Shown: positions 1-8,934 of the stretch, piece after piece
Layout of the letters: every line of letters begins with the position of its first letter
Numbering within the stretch: position 1 is the first letter of the stretch
Origin: a virus
Taxonomy: Duplodnaviria > Caudoviricetes
Length of the DNA: 63,019 bases
Reading direction: 5' to 3' (one strand)
IMG/VR virus record: IMGVR_UViG_3300012855_000002
Coordinates: 1 to 63,019 of that record
The notes under the pieces: model-generated
What the model was told of the DNA's origin: nothing
Databases searched by the model: none
Seen by the model: the letters and a program-made list of their open reading frames with translations, nothing else
Translations under genes and position numbers: made by a program

Positions 1-123
1 CGCAGGGCGCTTTCAGATTGGGCCCGGATATATTTCAGCTTGCCCAGCGCGTTCATCACCTCGCCGAATGCGCAGGCCGGAGCGCAGCAGGTCCCGGATG
101 AATCCAGTTCACCACAGCAGGGA
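1..123. repeat. Terminal direct repeat (identical to 62897..63019); assembly overlap of a circular or circularly permuted genome
   Basis: Bases 1-123 (cgcagggcgc...cagcaggga) recur exactly at 62897-63019; a minus-strand ORF starting at 167 reads in frame through the repeat into 62542..62955. Confidence 0.95.
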
Positions 124-166
124 AATTGCTGCTTGAAGCGCACCGCAATATCTTGATCGTACGTCA

Positions 167-811
167 TCACTTCACCTCTGGTGGCTGGGGGAGGGGGCCG
201 ATCTCGCGATAGTGCGTGACGAACGCTGGATTGATGAAGCCCCCGTCCATAGCCGCTTTCCACCACCACATGGATGTGCCGTCATAGGTCCACGAAGCCG
301 TGACGGCTTCACGTCCGCCCGTGCCATCGAAAAGCACAAGCATGGGTTCGCCGGTCTTCGCTAGCTCGTCGATCTCCCGCCACCCATCCGGGATATTGGC
401 GAGGGCGGCGGCAGAGCTTTTGAATGCGTTCCATGCCTCCAGAAGGCGGTCTTCTTGACGCTGGGCTTCCGTGTCGGTCGCGGCTGTCACATCAGCCCAT
501 TCGCGAAGGGCCCCCACAAGCTCCCGGCCCGCACCCGAAGGGGAGGACACGGGGCACCCGACAGGGTGCGAACCATTATCTTCTGTGTCAGTCATTTGTT
601 CTCGATCCATCATGTGAAGCGTCCGGCGCTCGATGAAGTGTCTCTCCTCCCGGACCTCGATATCAGCGCGAGGATGATGCTCGCAGGCATCGTCGAACCG
701 GATTTTGACCTGGGTGGTATCGAAGCCCGACAGCTCCGAAAGCCGCTCGCCATCGACAAAAAGCCAGATTTCGGTGTGTGAGATATCAGCAAGGTCGAAT
801 GTGCCAGACAT
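167..811 (-). CDS. Hypothetical phage protein (C-terminal DUF551-like region)
   Basis: 214-aa ORF; C-terminal GWREI...VTHYREIGPLPQPP resembles DUF551-type phage domains; abuts neighbouring ORFs. Confidence 0.6.
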   Translation of the reverse strand: MSGTFDLADISHTEIWLFVDGERLSELSGFDTTQVKIRFDDACEHHPRADIEVREERHFIERRTLHMMDREQMTDTEDNGSHPVGCPVSSPSGAGRELVGALREWADVTAATDTEAQRQEDRLLEAWNAFKSSAAALANIPDGWREIDELAKTGEPMLVLFDGTGGREAVTASWTYDGTSMWWWKAAMDGGFINPAFVTHYREIGPLPQPPEVK

Positions 812-1111
812 CTACCCCTCCCCTGTGGATTGAAATTGAGAGCGAGCGCGGAGCCATTCAGCCGCTTTTCGCCACCCATCGCCCTCAGGACCATGAACAT
901 AATCCCCATCCTTAATGGCCTTCTCTGCGGCGGCATGGGCAGCCATAGACAACGCCTCCCGCGCTCCTTCTGCACGGGCTTCGGCTAGGGCGGATGCTAG
1001 TTCGCGCTCCAGGAATTTGATGTTGTCCTTGAGCACTGTCCGGTAGCGCGGGGTATCGTGTGCCGTGACCATGTTGGCCAGATGCTCGGCAAGCGCAGGG
1101 ACATCACGCAT
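812..1111 (-). CDS. Hypothetical phage protein
   Basis: MRDVPALAEH... start overlaps the stop of the upstream ORF; fits the tightly packed early operon. Confidence 0.5.
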   Translation of the reverse strand: MRDVPALAEHLANMVTAHDTPRYRTVLKDNIKFLERELASALAEARAEGAREALSMAAHAAAEKAIKDGDYVHGPEGDGWRKAAEWLRARSQFQSTGEG

Positions 1112-1676
1112 CGCTCTTGCCCTCCTGCTGGAGGGAGCGGAGCTGATCTGCGCAGAACTGATAATTCCCCGCGGCGTGGACGAAACGCTTAGTGTCCTTC
1201 TCGCTCCCGCCCTCTTGATCGTTGCAGCCAGCGTTGTCCCATTCCGCAGCGGCCGCCTCGTCGAAGTGAGCAATCAGCTCCTCCAGGTATTCCCGGCGAA
1301 CCTCCTCCACTGTCCGTGTCTTGGCGCATGAAGCCCAGCGAGAGGAGAAGTCTGCTTGGCAGGCCTGTTGAGCGGATTCGAGGGTGGGGTGCTCGGAACG
1401 AACGGAAGATTCTTGATAGCCAAATATGAGCACTGACCACGCAAGCCCGCTAGGCTTCGGTTTAATGGTGTAGCTCGCAAATGGCGTCCGGCTCTTCAGT
1501 GTGTTTGGCAGGTACTTCCGCCACTCAAGCTCCAGGCACTCCACGCATATACCTGAGAGGGCTTGTGCGATGGCTTGGGCAAGCGATTGCTCACCGTCCT
1601 CGACGAAATACGGATTGGCGTCTGCGTCGTTCTGCCAAGCCTCAATAGCTTCAGCTATCTTCTCTTCCAGTGTCAT
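1104..1676 (-). CDS. Hypothetical phage protein
   Basis: MTLEEKIAEAIE... start overlaps the upstream stop (ATGA). Confidence 0.6.
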   Translation of the reverse strand: MTLEEKIAEAIEAWQNDADANPYFVEDGEQSLAQAIAQALSGICVECLELEWRKYLPNTLKSRTPFASYTIKPKPSGLAWSVLIFGYQESSVRSEHPTLESAQQACQADFSSRWASCAKTRTVEEVRREYLEELIAHFDEAAAAEWDNAGCNDQEGGSEKDTKRFVHAAGNYQFCADQLRSLQQEGKSDA

Positions 1677-2002
1677 TGATGGTCTCCATGGGAAGGGGTG
1701 GCAGGCTGCGCCTGCTGCGTGTCCTCGCGTTCGCTGCGGGCCGCTTCGAGCTTTTCTTGCATCACAAGACGTGTGATCTTTTCGCGGCACTCGGAGATTT
1801 GTTCCCACAGCTCGCGCGCGATCAGGCGCTCGTCTTCGTCAAACGGATACTCGCCGTTGTAGCCCTCGCCAGACGCCTTGAAGCCAGCGACGAAGGCCAT
1901 CTCGATAATGTCGTCCATGTCGATTGACCGGCTCGCAGGCTCCGCAGGAGCCGAGGACACGGACCTCGCAACAGCGAGGGAGCCATCATCTTCTTTACTC
2001 AT
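1673..2002 (-). CDS. Hypothetical phage protein
   Basis: MSKEDDGS...AGFKASGEGYNGEYPF; coupled to neighbours. Confidence 0.55.
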   Translation of the reverse strand: MSKEDDGSLAVARSVSSAPAEPASRSIDMDDIIEMAFVAGFKASGEGYNGEYPFDEDERLIARELWEQISECREKITRLVMQEKLEAARSEREDTQQAQPATPSHGDHQ

Positions 2003-2330
2003 ATCCATCTCCATGGGGTTGGGCCGTGTACGTGATGTGATCCGGCTCGATCTGCTTGGGATAGGCATACGGCCCGCGATAGGGGCATTCCTGCCCGCCC
2101 CTGGTTTCATGCCCGCGGGAAACCGAGACGATGCCGAAGCCGGGGACGACGATGTCTTGCAGCGGGCCGGGGAATGCCATCTCGAAGCGTTTGGCGTTCC
2201 GCTCTTCCGGCTCTGGCGTGCGACCCTGCATAACTGGCAGGTGCGAAATCGCCCGGCAGTCAGCAACGGAACCTTTCGCCGTGTGCGCGTCGAAATACCG
2301 GCAGTGCTTCGAACAGATAGGCATATCCAT
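1995..2330 (-). CDS. Hypothetical Cys-rich protein
   Basis: MDMPICSKHCRYF...; GGAG-like SD upstream. Confidence 0.5.
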   Translation of the reverse strand: MDMPICSKHCRYFDAHTAKGSVADCRAISHLPVMQGRTPEPEERNAKRFEMAFPGPLQDIVVPGFGIVSVSRGHETRGGQECPYRGPYAYPKQIEPDHITYTAQPHGDGYE

Positions 2331-2333
2331 CTC

Positions 2334-2498
2334 CTATGCCCGCCTGACACGCTTGCGCGGCTGGGCCTTGTTCGGGTCAAACCATTTCGGGGTGATCTCG
2401 CGGCCGGCGCGGATCTGATCGCGCTCCCAGGCCGAACGGCCCGCGATATAGGCCGCGGCGATAAAGCCGAGCGTGAAGGGGATCAGGAGGGCGGTCAT
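2334..2498 (-). CDS. Small membrane protein (54 aa, not in ORF track)
   Basis: ATG overlaps the TGA of 2495..2965; reads MTALLIPFTLGFIAAAYIAGRSAWERDQIR... to TAG at 2334-2336. Confidence 0.5.
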   Translation of the reverse strand: MTALLIPFTLGFIAAAYIAGRSAWERDQIRAGREITPKWFDPNKAQPRKRVRRA

Positions 2499-2965
2499 TG
2501 GTCACTATCCGGCGCCGGCAGGAGCGGCGGCATGTCGCCCGTGTCGTAGGCCGCGGCGATCTGCGGCTTCGCCCACGAGCCGAAGGTCTCGCCGTTCGGC
2601 AGCATGATGTGCGCCATGAACTCGTCGTCGAACTCGGTGATGCCGCTCTCGACCGCTTCCAGCTTCGCCTTGATTACCAGCGCGAGGGCTCGCCAACGTT
2701 GCCGCCCGGCCTGTTCCCACGCTTTCAGGGCCGCTTCCGGAGCCCGCGCTTTTCCGGTCGGTGTTTCCGCGAAAGCGGGGTCATCCTTCGCCGGCATCGG
2801 CAGAACGAACTTGATGTGGCGTCCGTTCATCCGGAACGCGACCAGGGCCCGGCCAGGCTCGGTTCCGCACATGAAGGAATCAGCTCCGTAGCGCTCAAGC
2901 GTGGTCTCGATCTCGGCACGGGACTTCGTAGAGCTGACGGATGTGGTTTCGGCGTATCGGGTCAT
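2495..2965 (-). CDS. Conserved phage hypothetical protein
   Basis: MTRYAETTSVS..SRAEIE..RWRALALVIKAKLEAVESGI resembles a family common in temperate phages. Confidence 0.75.
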   Translation of the reverse strand: MTRYAETTSVSSTKSRAEIETTLERYGADSFMCGTEPGRALVAFRMNGRHIKFVLPMPAKDDPAFAETPTGKARAPEAALKAWEQAGRQRWRALALVIKAKLEAVESGITEFDDEFMAHIMLPNGETFGSWAKPQIAAAYDTGDMPPLLPAPDSDQ

Positions 2966-3723
2966 GCTGCATCCCCCTTCAGCAAATCATCGACGTTCTG
3001 GCGGATCACCTCGAAGGAAATGGCGATCACCCAGGGGTTTTCTTCCCAGCCGTAGCCGCGGGATGCGTTTATGCTGTCCCATAGGCGGCGAAACGCCTCG
3101 CGTGGGGAGTAGGCGGCGAGTTCGGGATCAAACTGGCCTTGCGGCCCCGGCGTACCCCAGATGCGCGGCTCGTCTTCCGGAAGCCCTGTCGAGCACTCCT
3201 TCAGGCCTTCTCGAACAGCATCCGCCTCGCTGATGCTCTTCACCCGCTCGACCCGGACATCCGTCACCTTGAGGGTGAGGCGGGAGAGCACGCGCGGCAT
3301 GTGCATAGCGGCGCGTAGGCGCCCGGGCTCGCTCGTCATCCCGAACGGTACGCAGCCCGTTTCGAACTGATCGGCTTCATAGAACCGCGGCAAAGGTGCG
3401 TTCTCGTGCCCGGGCCAAATGGCGTGATTGTCCGCTATCTCGCGCGGTGACCGGGTGTCCCAGTCGATGATCGTGCGCCAGCACTCCCGGACATAGAGCA
3501 GATCGCCGACGGCGTAAGGAACGCGGAAGGGCTCGCTGGCTTCGCCCGTGCCGTGGATCATCCATTCCTCACCCGCAAAGCGGTGTGCAGACAGGCCGGT
3601 GAAGCGAGGATTGATCCCCGGCTTAAAGACGATGTTCGAGGCAACCCGCCTTGTTTGCGTCTTCCTGCCTTCCAGCAGAGCGGTCACCATGGCGCCGGTG
3701 AAAGCGATGGGGCGGACGGTCAT
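2962..3723 (-). CDS. Conserved phage protein (PUA/ASCH-like, GRKTQTRR family)
   Basis: Motifs MV.ALLEGRKTQTRR, GDLLYVRE, MHMPR.LSRLTL, W..NPWV. Confidence 0.75.
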   Translation of the reverse strand: MTVRPIAFTGAMVTALLEGRKTQTRRVASNIVFKPGINPRFTGLSAHRFAGEEWMIHGTGEASEPFRVPYAVGDLLYVRECWRTIIDWDTRSPREIADNHAIWPGHENAPLPRFYEADQFETGCVPFGMTSEPGRLRAAMHMPRVLSRLTLKVTDVRVERVKSISEADAVREGLKECSTGLPEDEPRIWGTPGPQGQFDPELAAYSPREAFRRLWDSINASRGYGWEENPWVIAISFEVIRQNVDDLLKGDAA

Positions 3724-3905
3724 GCCGGCCCCCAAAGGGTGAGGCATATGAATGCGACCGACGAGAGCCCGGACAGGAACGGGATCACCTTGTATAGCAG
3801 GGTCGATGCCGTATTTCTGGTTTGCTGGGCGATGGCCCACCCCATGCTAACCGATGCGCCTAGAATCGCGATTACGCCGAGCGCCATCATGAATCCCTCG
3901 CTCAT
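3720..3905 (-). CDS. Small two-TM membrane protein
   Basis: MSEGFMMALGVIAILG... two hydrophobic stretches; ATGA overlaps on both sides. Confidence 0.55.
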   Translation of the reverse strand: MSEGFMMALGVIAILGASVSMGWAIAQQTRNTASTLLYKVIPFLSGLSSVAFICLTLWGPA

Positions 3906-4369
3906 GCCGCCTTCACCCCTTCGGCTTTGGCCTGCCGGCGATAGAGCTTCGCGGCCTCGGCATCGGACAGCGCGGCCGGCCCGAGCGCGCGGCACAGGTC
4001 GATCATCCGCCGGCGGACCTTGGCGTCCTTGATGGCGGAGAATGCCCGTGCCAGGTCGATCCCGTCCGGGCTGGCGATGAAGTCGTAGAGGGTGTCATTG
4101 TCGGCGGCCGGGACAGAGGTCGAACCGTCTTGCTCGAGCCCGTCGTAGAAATACGAGACCGGGACCTCCATCACATTGGCGAGAAGCCAGAGACGGGAGG
4201 CGCCGACACGGTTTGTGCCGCGCTCATACTTCTGGACCTGCTGGAAGGTGACGCCCAGCTTTTCGCCCAACTCGGACTGGCTCATGGTCATCAGAGACCG
4301 GCGGAGGCGGATGCGGGCGCCGACGTGCTGATCGATCGCGTTGGGGCCGCGGGGATTGGTGGTGGTCAT
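3902..4369 (-). CDS. XRE-family HTH transcription regulator of the alphaproteobacterial host type
   Basis: PNAIDQHVGARIRLRR..SQSELGEKLGVTFQQVQKYERGTNRVGASRL plus C-terminal GIDLARAF..IKD..VRR. Confidence 0.9.
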   Translation of the reverse strand: MTTTNPRGPNAIDQHVGARIRLRRSLMTMSQSELGEKLGVTFQQVQKYERGTNRVGASRLWLLANVMEVPVSYFYDGLEQDGSTSVPAADNDTLYDFIASPDGIDLARAFSAIKDAKVRRRMIDLCRALGPAALSDAEAAKLYRRQAKAEGVKAA

Positions 4370-4379
4370 GATGTGCTCC

Positions 4380-4604
4380 TCAGAAGGGGATTTCGTCGTC
4401 GAGATCGGGTTGTTCGAAGTCGACCCAATCGGCGCGTTTCTTGACGGCAAAGCCGACGGCCCGGAGCACGAAAACCTTGTCGCCCGGCGATATCGAAGCG
4501 ATGCGCTCGGCTTCGTGCTGGGCTTCATGGAAGGTTTCGTGCTTGTGCGGGTGGGAAGAGGGCCCGAGACGCGCGTTGATCACGATGTAGAAGGGCTGGC
4601 TCAC
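4380..4604 (-). CDS. Small protein with SSB-like acidic C-terminus (DDEIPF)
   Basis: 74 aa; start overlaps the exonuclease stop; ends QPDLDDEIPF. Confidence 0.65.
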   Translation of the reverse strand: MSQPFYIVINARLGPSSHPHKHETFHEAQHEAERIASISPGDKVFVLRAVGFAVKKRADWVDFEQPDLDDEIPF

Positions 4605-5272
4605 GTCACTTCTCCAAGGTGATGACGGGCCGTGTGGATCACGTCCTCGTCGAAGTCCTGGTCGAGGACCCAGCGCAGGTAGTCCTGCGGGACCTCGGCG
4701 AGCGGGACGTTTGCGTGCTTGCCGAACCGGAAGCGTGGCAGAAGGGCGGGGGTCGCAGATATCTCGACCATCTCGCGGACGGTCTTCTCGGCAGTCAGGC
4801 GCTCGAAGAGCCGGGCCGTCGTCCAGGCGTCATAGAGGGCGCGGTGCGCGACCTCTCCGGCCTCCGGCGGCAGCGGCGCCAGGTCGAGCCAATAGCGCAG
4901 CACCTGGTTTGAATGACCGGGCGCGTCCGGCCAGACCCGCAGGGCCACCTTGTAGGTGCAGACCCAATGCCCGGAGAGCGGCAGGAACCGCCTGTCGAAA
5001 CGCGCATTGTGTGCGCAGTAGATCGGAGCGCCCTCAAAACGGGGCAGCACTTCGGCGAGCGGCGGCGCGTCGGCGACCATGGCATCCACGATGTGATGCA
5101 CAGCCGATGCGGTCGGCGGGATCAGGATCGTCGGCTTGACGAGCGCGGACATCGGGTTGCCGAGAACCCCGTCCGTCCAATCGACGGACGCAATCTCGAC
5201 GACCTGGGCATCGTCTTCAACGCCGGTCGTTTCGGCATCAATCACCCGCACAAGCTTTTCGACGGCGCTCAT
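4601..5272 (-). CDS. exoX: DnaQ/DEDDh 3'-5' exonuclease (exodeoxyribonuclease X-like)
   Basis: ExoI DAETTG, ExoII AHNARFD, ExoIII HRALYD; C-terminal FGKH..VP.DYL.W domain as in ExoX. Confidence 0.88.
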   Translation of the reverse strand: MSAVEKLVRVIDAETTGVEDDAQVVEIASVDWTDGVLGNPMSALVKPTILIPPTASAVHHIVDAMVADAPPLAEVLPRFEGAPIYCAHNARFDRRFLPLSGHWVCTYKVALRVWPDAPGHSNQVLRYWLDLAPLPPEAGEVAHRALYDAWTTARLFERLTAEKTVREMVEISATPALLPRFRFGKHANVPLAEVPQDYLRWVLDQDFDEDVIHTARHHLGEVT

Positions 5273-6477
5273 GCTGCGGATTCCTCTTCCGCCTGGAAGG
5301 GGATTTCATCCCCTGCGTCGGGAGCATCGGCCTCGTCCTTGCGAAGCGCACGGCTGCGCTCTTCCTTCGCCAGTCGCGCGCGGTCACGCTGATCGGCGCT
5401 CGCCTCGACCCAGGCCTCGCCTTCCTGCAGCTCCTCGTAGGAGACCGTCAGTTCGTCGAGATCGTTGATCGTCTCGGTTTTCAGGATGAAGGCCTGGATT
5501 GCCGCCTCGGTCGGCGTGTTCGCGCGGCGCGGGTCCGGGCGCTTGCCGTCCCCGGCCGTGGCGTTGGCGGCATCGTCCATGGTCTGGTTGAAAGCATCCG
5601 ATGCACTGGCGATGGATTTTAGCTCGCCGTCCAGGAATGCTTTGAGCGCAGCATGGTCGGCCCTTCCCAGAGACCCCCACCACGCCCGAAGAGAGACGGT
5701 GCCGCCGCGGGCGGCTTCACGGCCGGCTTCGGCCTTGTCGCGCAGGGACTCGTCAACCGGTGCGGCGCCGTCCAGCCATTCACGCAGAACCTTGCCGGTT
5801 TCGATGTCGATGTGCTTGCCCGCCGGGAATGCCGGCGCCAGTTCGCCCGGGATCTTCTTCTGCAGGTTCAGGTCTGGGACGCCGGGGGCGACATCGGACA
5901 TGCCGACGCTGATCAGCATCTCGTAGGGGAAGTTCTTCTCCACGATAGGCTGGAAGCCATCGGAGACGATCTGCTGCTTGCCACGGTCATCGAGAACGGT
6001 CTTCGGCTTCTCTCGCGCCCTGGCGCAGAAGATGATGTGAAGACGGGACCGCAGGAGGCGGTTGATCAGCTTCTTGTGAGCGCCCTTCGGCTTGTTCCAG
6101 CAGTGCAGACCAGATTTCTTGGTGCGCAGCTCGATAGACTCCGCCCACTCCAGAACGCCGCCTTCTCCTTCCCATTCATGGCTGATGCTGTCGATGATCA
6201 GGCCGTCGTAGCCAGCCTCTTCTGCGGCCTCGATGGCCTCACGGTACCGATCCGGGGTGAACGGCGGCGCCAGGTCGGCCCGGTCGTAAGGCGTGAGGTC
6301 GGCATAGTGCGATCCTCGCCCGGCCTCGGTGTCGATGAAGGCGATCCGGCCCTCGGGGCCTACAAGCCCGCGCATCAGCTGGATTGCGGAGTAAGTCTTC
6401 CCGCATCCGGACGGGCCGTAGAGATTGATCAGCGCCTTCACACCCTGGCGCACAGCGGGTTGGAATGTAATGGTCAT
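5269..6477 (-). CDS. AAA ATPase, Sak4-like recombinase (AAA_24 type)
   Basis: Walker A GPSGCGKT, FIDTE, Walker B LIIDSISHEW; adjacent to a RecE-like nuclease. Confidence 0.8.
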   Translation of the reverse strand: MTITFQPAVRQGVKALINLYGPSGCGKTYSAIQLMRGLVGPEGRIAFIDTEAGRGSHYADLTPYDRADLAPPFTPDRYREAIEAAEEAGYDGLIIDSISHEWEGEGGVLEWAESIELRTKKSGLHCWNKPKGAHKKLINRLLRSRLHIIFCARAREKPKTVLDDRGKQQIVSDGFQPIVEKNFPYEMLISVGMSDVAPGVPDLNLQKKIPGELAPAFPAGKHIDIETGKVLREWLDGAAPVDESLRDKAEAGREAARGGTVSLRAWWGSLGRADHAALKAFLDGELKSIASASDAFNQTMDDAANATAGDGKRPDPRRANTPTEAAIQAFILKTETINDLDELTVSYEELQEGEAWVEASADQRDRARLAKEERSRALRKDEADAPDAGDEIPFQAEEESAA

Positions 6478-7535
6478 GCGGGCCTCGTAAATCCATAGCC
6501 TTCGTGTTCGTCGTCGATGTCCTGGACACCGGCGGTCTCGATCCACGGCGAGTCGTCGCCATAGACCCGTGCCCAGGAGCGATAGTTCTCCTTGGCTTCC
6601 TTCAGGCGGTTCTCGCCTTCCTGAGTGATGATCCCGTCGCGCTTCAGGCGAAGCGCCAGCGGCGTCGGCGCGCCGTTGACGGGGCAGAACAGCCAGCCGA
6701 AGCGGCGCTCACTCTCCCCTGCCGCAATGGCTGCGCGAATGTCATCCAGAATGGCGCGCTGCTCGTCAGTGCCGCCGATGACGGGAAGTTCCGGCAGGAG
6801 GTCCCAAGCCTCCCAATAGTGAGCGATCTGGATATGGTATTGCTCATCCCCGGCGCGGTAGAGCGCACCCGTTCGTGGGCGGCGGGCGCGTCGGCGAGTG
6901 AAAGTCTTCACGTCCCACGGCATCTTCGCGGATATCCGGTCAAACTTCGCCCGATGCATCTTCCCGGTGATCGGGTCACGCCAGAAGACGGCAACCTCTG
7001 ACAGACCGGGCGAAAGCTGCTCCATCAGCTCCGCATCATTCTCGATGATCCGGCGCATCAGCCGCAGGCGCAGGTCCTCGTACTTGTAGACGACCTGCCG
7101 GCCCGCAATGGCCCTCTCGACGATCGCATCCCAGATCGGCGCGCGCGGATCGATTTCGAGCACGCGGTCGATCAGATCCTGCTTGGTGCCGCCGGCCTTC
7201 TCCCCACGCTCCTTCAGCCAGCCCTGCAGGTCGGTCATCTTGTCGAGCACGTCATTGTGGTCGGCCCGATCCGGCATGACGCCGAAACGCCCCTCGTAGA
7301 CCTGCGAACCCTCCAGAACGCATGCATGAACAGCGTGACCAAAGCGCCTGGCGTCGGCCTTCTTCTTGATGTCGTCCTCGCTGTCCTTCTTCTTCAGCGG
7401 GCTATCCGGATGACTTTCCCACCACCAGGACTCGGCATCGATGTAGAGGTCCTTCGTGTCGGTCGAGCCGAGCGCGCGCTGGGCGAAGTATTCTTCGTCC
7501 TGCATGTCGAGATAGATGCCGGGCTCGATATCCAT
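6474..7535 (-). CDS. PD-(D/E)XK exonuclease, RecE/exonuclease VIII-like
   Basis: N-terminal PGIY.DM..EEY, G.AVHA.VLE, EVAVFW.D...RAKFD, DVKT, YHIQ.AHY. Confidence 0.8.
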   Translation of the reverse strand: MDIEPGIYLDMQDEEYFAQRALGSTDTKDLYIDAESWWWESHPDSPLKKKDSEDDIKKKADARRFGHAVHACVLEGSQVYEGRFGVMPDRADHNDVLDKMTDLQGWLKERGEKAGGTKQDLIDRVLEIDPRAPIWDAIVERAIAGRQVVYKYEDLRLRLMRRIIENDAELMEQLSPGLSEVAVFWRDPITGKMHRAKFDRISAKMPWDVKTFTRRRARRPRTGALYRAGDEQYHIQIAHYWEAWDLLPELPVIGGTDEQRAILDDIRAAIAAGESERRFGWLFCPVNGAPTPLALRLKRDGIITQEGENRLKEAKENYRSWARVYGDDSPWIETAGVQDIDDEHEGYGFTRPA

Positions 7536-7598
7536 GTGGGTTCTCCAGTCGGAAGAAGCGGCCGGGACATTCGCGTCCCGGCCAGGGGGAGGAAGGGG

Positions 7599-7712
7599 TT
7601 ACGGCCAGACGTCGAACGCCAGGGCCGCGGTGAAAGCGAGCAGGAGGACGCATCCGGCAAGGATGCAGAGCGCCTTGACGCCGAAGGGGGTGAGGAAGCG
7701 GCCTTTGGTCAT
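7599..7712 (-). CDS. Small hydrophobic peptide (37 aa, not in ORF track)
   Basis: MTKGRFLTPFGVKALCILAGCVLLLAFTAALAFDVWP; fills the gap between two same-strand genes. Confidence 0.45.
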   Translation of the reverse strand: MTKGRFLTPFGVKALCILAGCVLLLAFTAALAFDVWP

Positions 7713-7713
7713 G

Positions 7714-8055
7714 TCAGGCAGCCCCCGGGCCATCGGTCGGGGTATGATCCAGCGCACCGGGCAGCGTGTTGGCGATCCGCCGTGCAGGCCTGCCGCCTTC
7801 GAGGGCCGTCAGGTGCCCGCGCGTGACCGGCGGGACATTCTTCAGGGCTTCGTCGACCTGGGTCTTGGATCTCTTGGCCCACTCGATGAGCCGGTCCAGC
7901 TCACGAGAGGCGCCCTCCAGTTGGACGCGGGCACCAGAACCGTTCGTCACGAAGGCGGTCTGCGCGGCGGAAAGCTGCTCAAGAGCACCGTCCCGCGTGT
8001 CCGACGTCATCTTGATGGCGCTGAGTGCCTTCACGACGTGCTCAAAGTACGACAT
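7714..8055 (-). CDS. Hypothetical protein
   Basis: 113-aa ORF with AAGGAGG-like SD upstream. Confidence 0.65.
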   Translation of the reverse strand: MSYFEHVVKALSAIKMTSDTRDGALEQLSAAQTAFVTNGSGARVQLEGASRELDRLIEWAKRSKTQVDEALKNVPPVTRGHLTALEGGRPARRIANTLPGALDHTPTDGPGAA

Positions 8056-8078
8056 GGGCTTCCTCCTTGTCTGTGGTG

Positions 8079-8339
8079 TCAGGCGACGGTTTCCGTAAGA
8101 ATGACAACCGCGCGGTCGCGCCGCGGGATCTCGTGCGATGCGCTGGTTTCGATGCCGTTCGGGGGATCGTTCCGAATGCCGGGATCAGGGATTGCGACGC
8201 AGTAGCCGTGGCGCTGCAGAACATCGCGGAACTCGCCAAGCAGGGCGGACTTTCCGCACCCAACGGGTCCGGCAATGTTGATCGAAATGACGTTCGGCCA
8301 GACGCGGCCGTCACGGACTTGCTGATTTGACGGCTTCAT
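8079..8339 (-). CDS. Hypothetical protein
   Basis: 86-aa ORF in the early operon; GGGAGG SD upstream. Confidence 0.5.
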   Translation of the reverse strand: MKPSNQQVRDGRVWPNVISINIAGPVGCGKSALLGEFRDVLQRHGYCVAIPDPGIRNDPPNGIETSASHEIPRRDRAVVILTETVA

Positions 8340-8341
8340 AG

Positions 8342-8518
8342 CTACAGCCTCCCTTTCATCATCAGGTATTCGTGCATGTCATCAGCGCGGGTAAGCAGCT
8401 CTTGCTGGACCTTCTCGCGCTGGCGTTCGGTGGGTTGATCCGCGACTGCCAGAACGGCCGGCTCATCTTCCCGTCCCGTGCAACAGGGGCGGACAGGCTC
8501 TCGGTTGGGGTGGGTCAT
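8342..8518 (-). CDS. Hypothetical protein
   Basis: MTHPNREPVRP...; ATGA overlap with the upstream gene. Confidence 0.45.
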   Translation of the reverse strand: MTHPNREPVRPCCTGREDEPAVLAVADQPTERQREKVQQELLTRADDMHEYLMMKGRL

Positions 8519-8934
8519 GACGCGACCCTCCGCTCTTGAAGGGCGCTCTCCACGGCCTGCACGGCGCGATAAGCTGCCCGCGCCTCGTCGAGGGTCCGGA
8601 TTTCTGCCGTGTGGTATTCCTCGATACCGAGGCGGGCAGCGACGGCCCGGTACAGGTCGCCCCGGCGCATCCGCTTGCTCTTCCAGATCGGGTCCAGAAT
8701 GGCGTGGATGTGCTTGCGCGCTTCCTTGATCGCCGGGGTAGGGATCACTCCCAGGGGCTTCGTGCGGTCGTCCGTCTTGTGGTGGCACCCGACGAAGTTT
8801 CCGCAGGTGTCGCACTTCCAGAACGGCAGCGAATAGAGGTCGCGGCGATGCGGATAGATTTCCTTTCCGCTGGTCAGCCGGGCCGACACATCAGCCTCGC
8901 AGCCGCAACAGTAGATGGCGCGGGTCTCGCTCAT
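8515..8934 (-). CDS. Zinc-finger protein (DUF3268-like)
   Basis: CCGC..IYPHR.DL....FWKCDTCGNFVGCH..PLG, H..LDPIWK motifs. Confidence 0.75.
   Translation of the reverse strand: MSETRAIYCCGCEADVSARLTSGKEIYPHRRDLYSLPFWKCDTCGNFVGCHHKTDDRTKPLGVIPTPAIKEARKHIHAILDPIWKSKRMRRGDLYRAVAARLGIEEYHTAEIRTLDEARAAYRAVQAVESALQERRVAS

Noticed and set aside
1-123. Terminal repeat as a physical direct terminal repeat of the virion DNA
   Set aside because: It falls mid-gene, far from the terminase genes, and has the size of an assembler overlap; more simply explained as circular assembly
8079-8339. Walker A-like GPVGCGKS suggesting an ATPase
   Set aside because: Only 86 aa with no Walker B; at most a fragment
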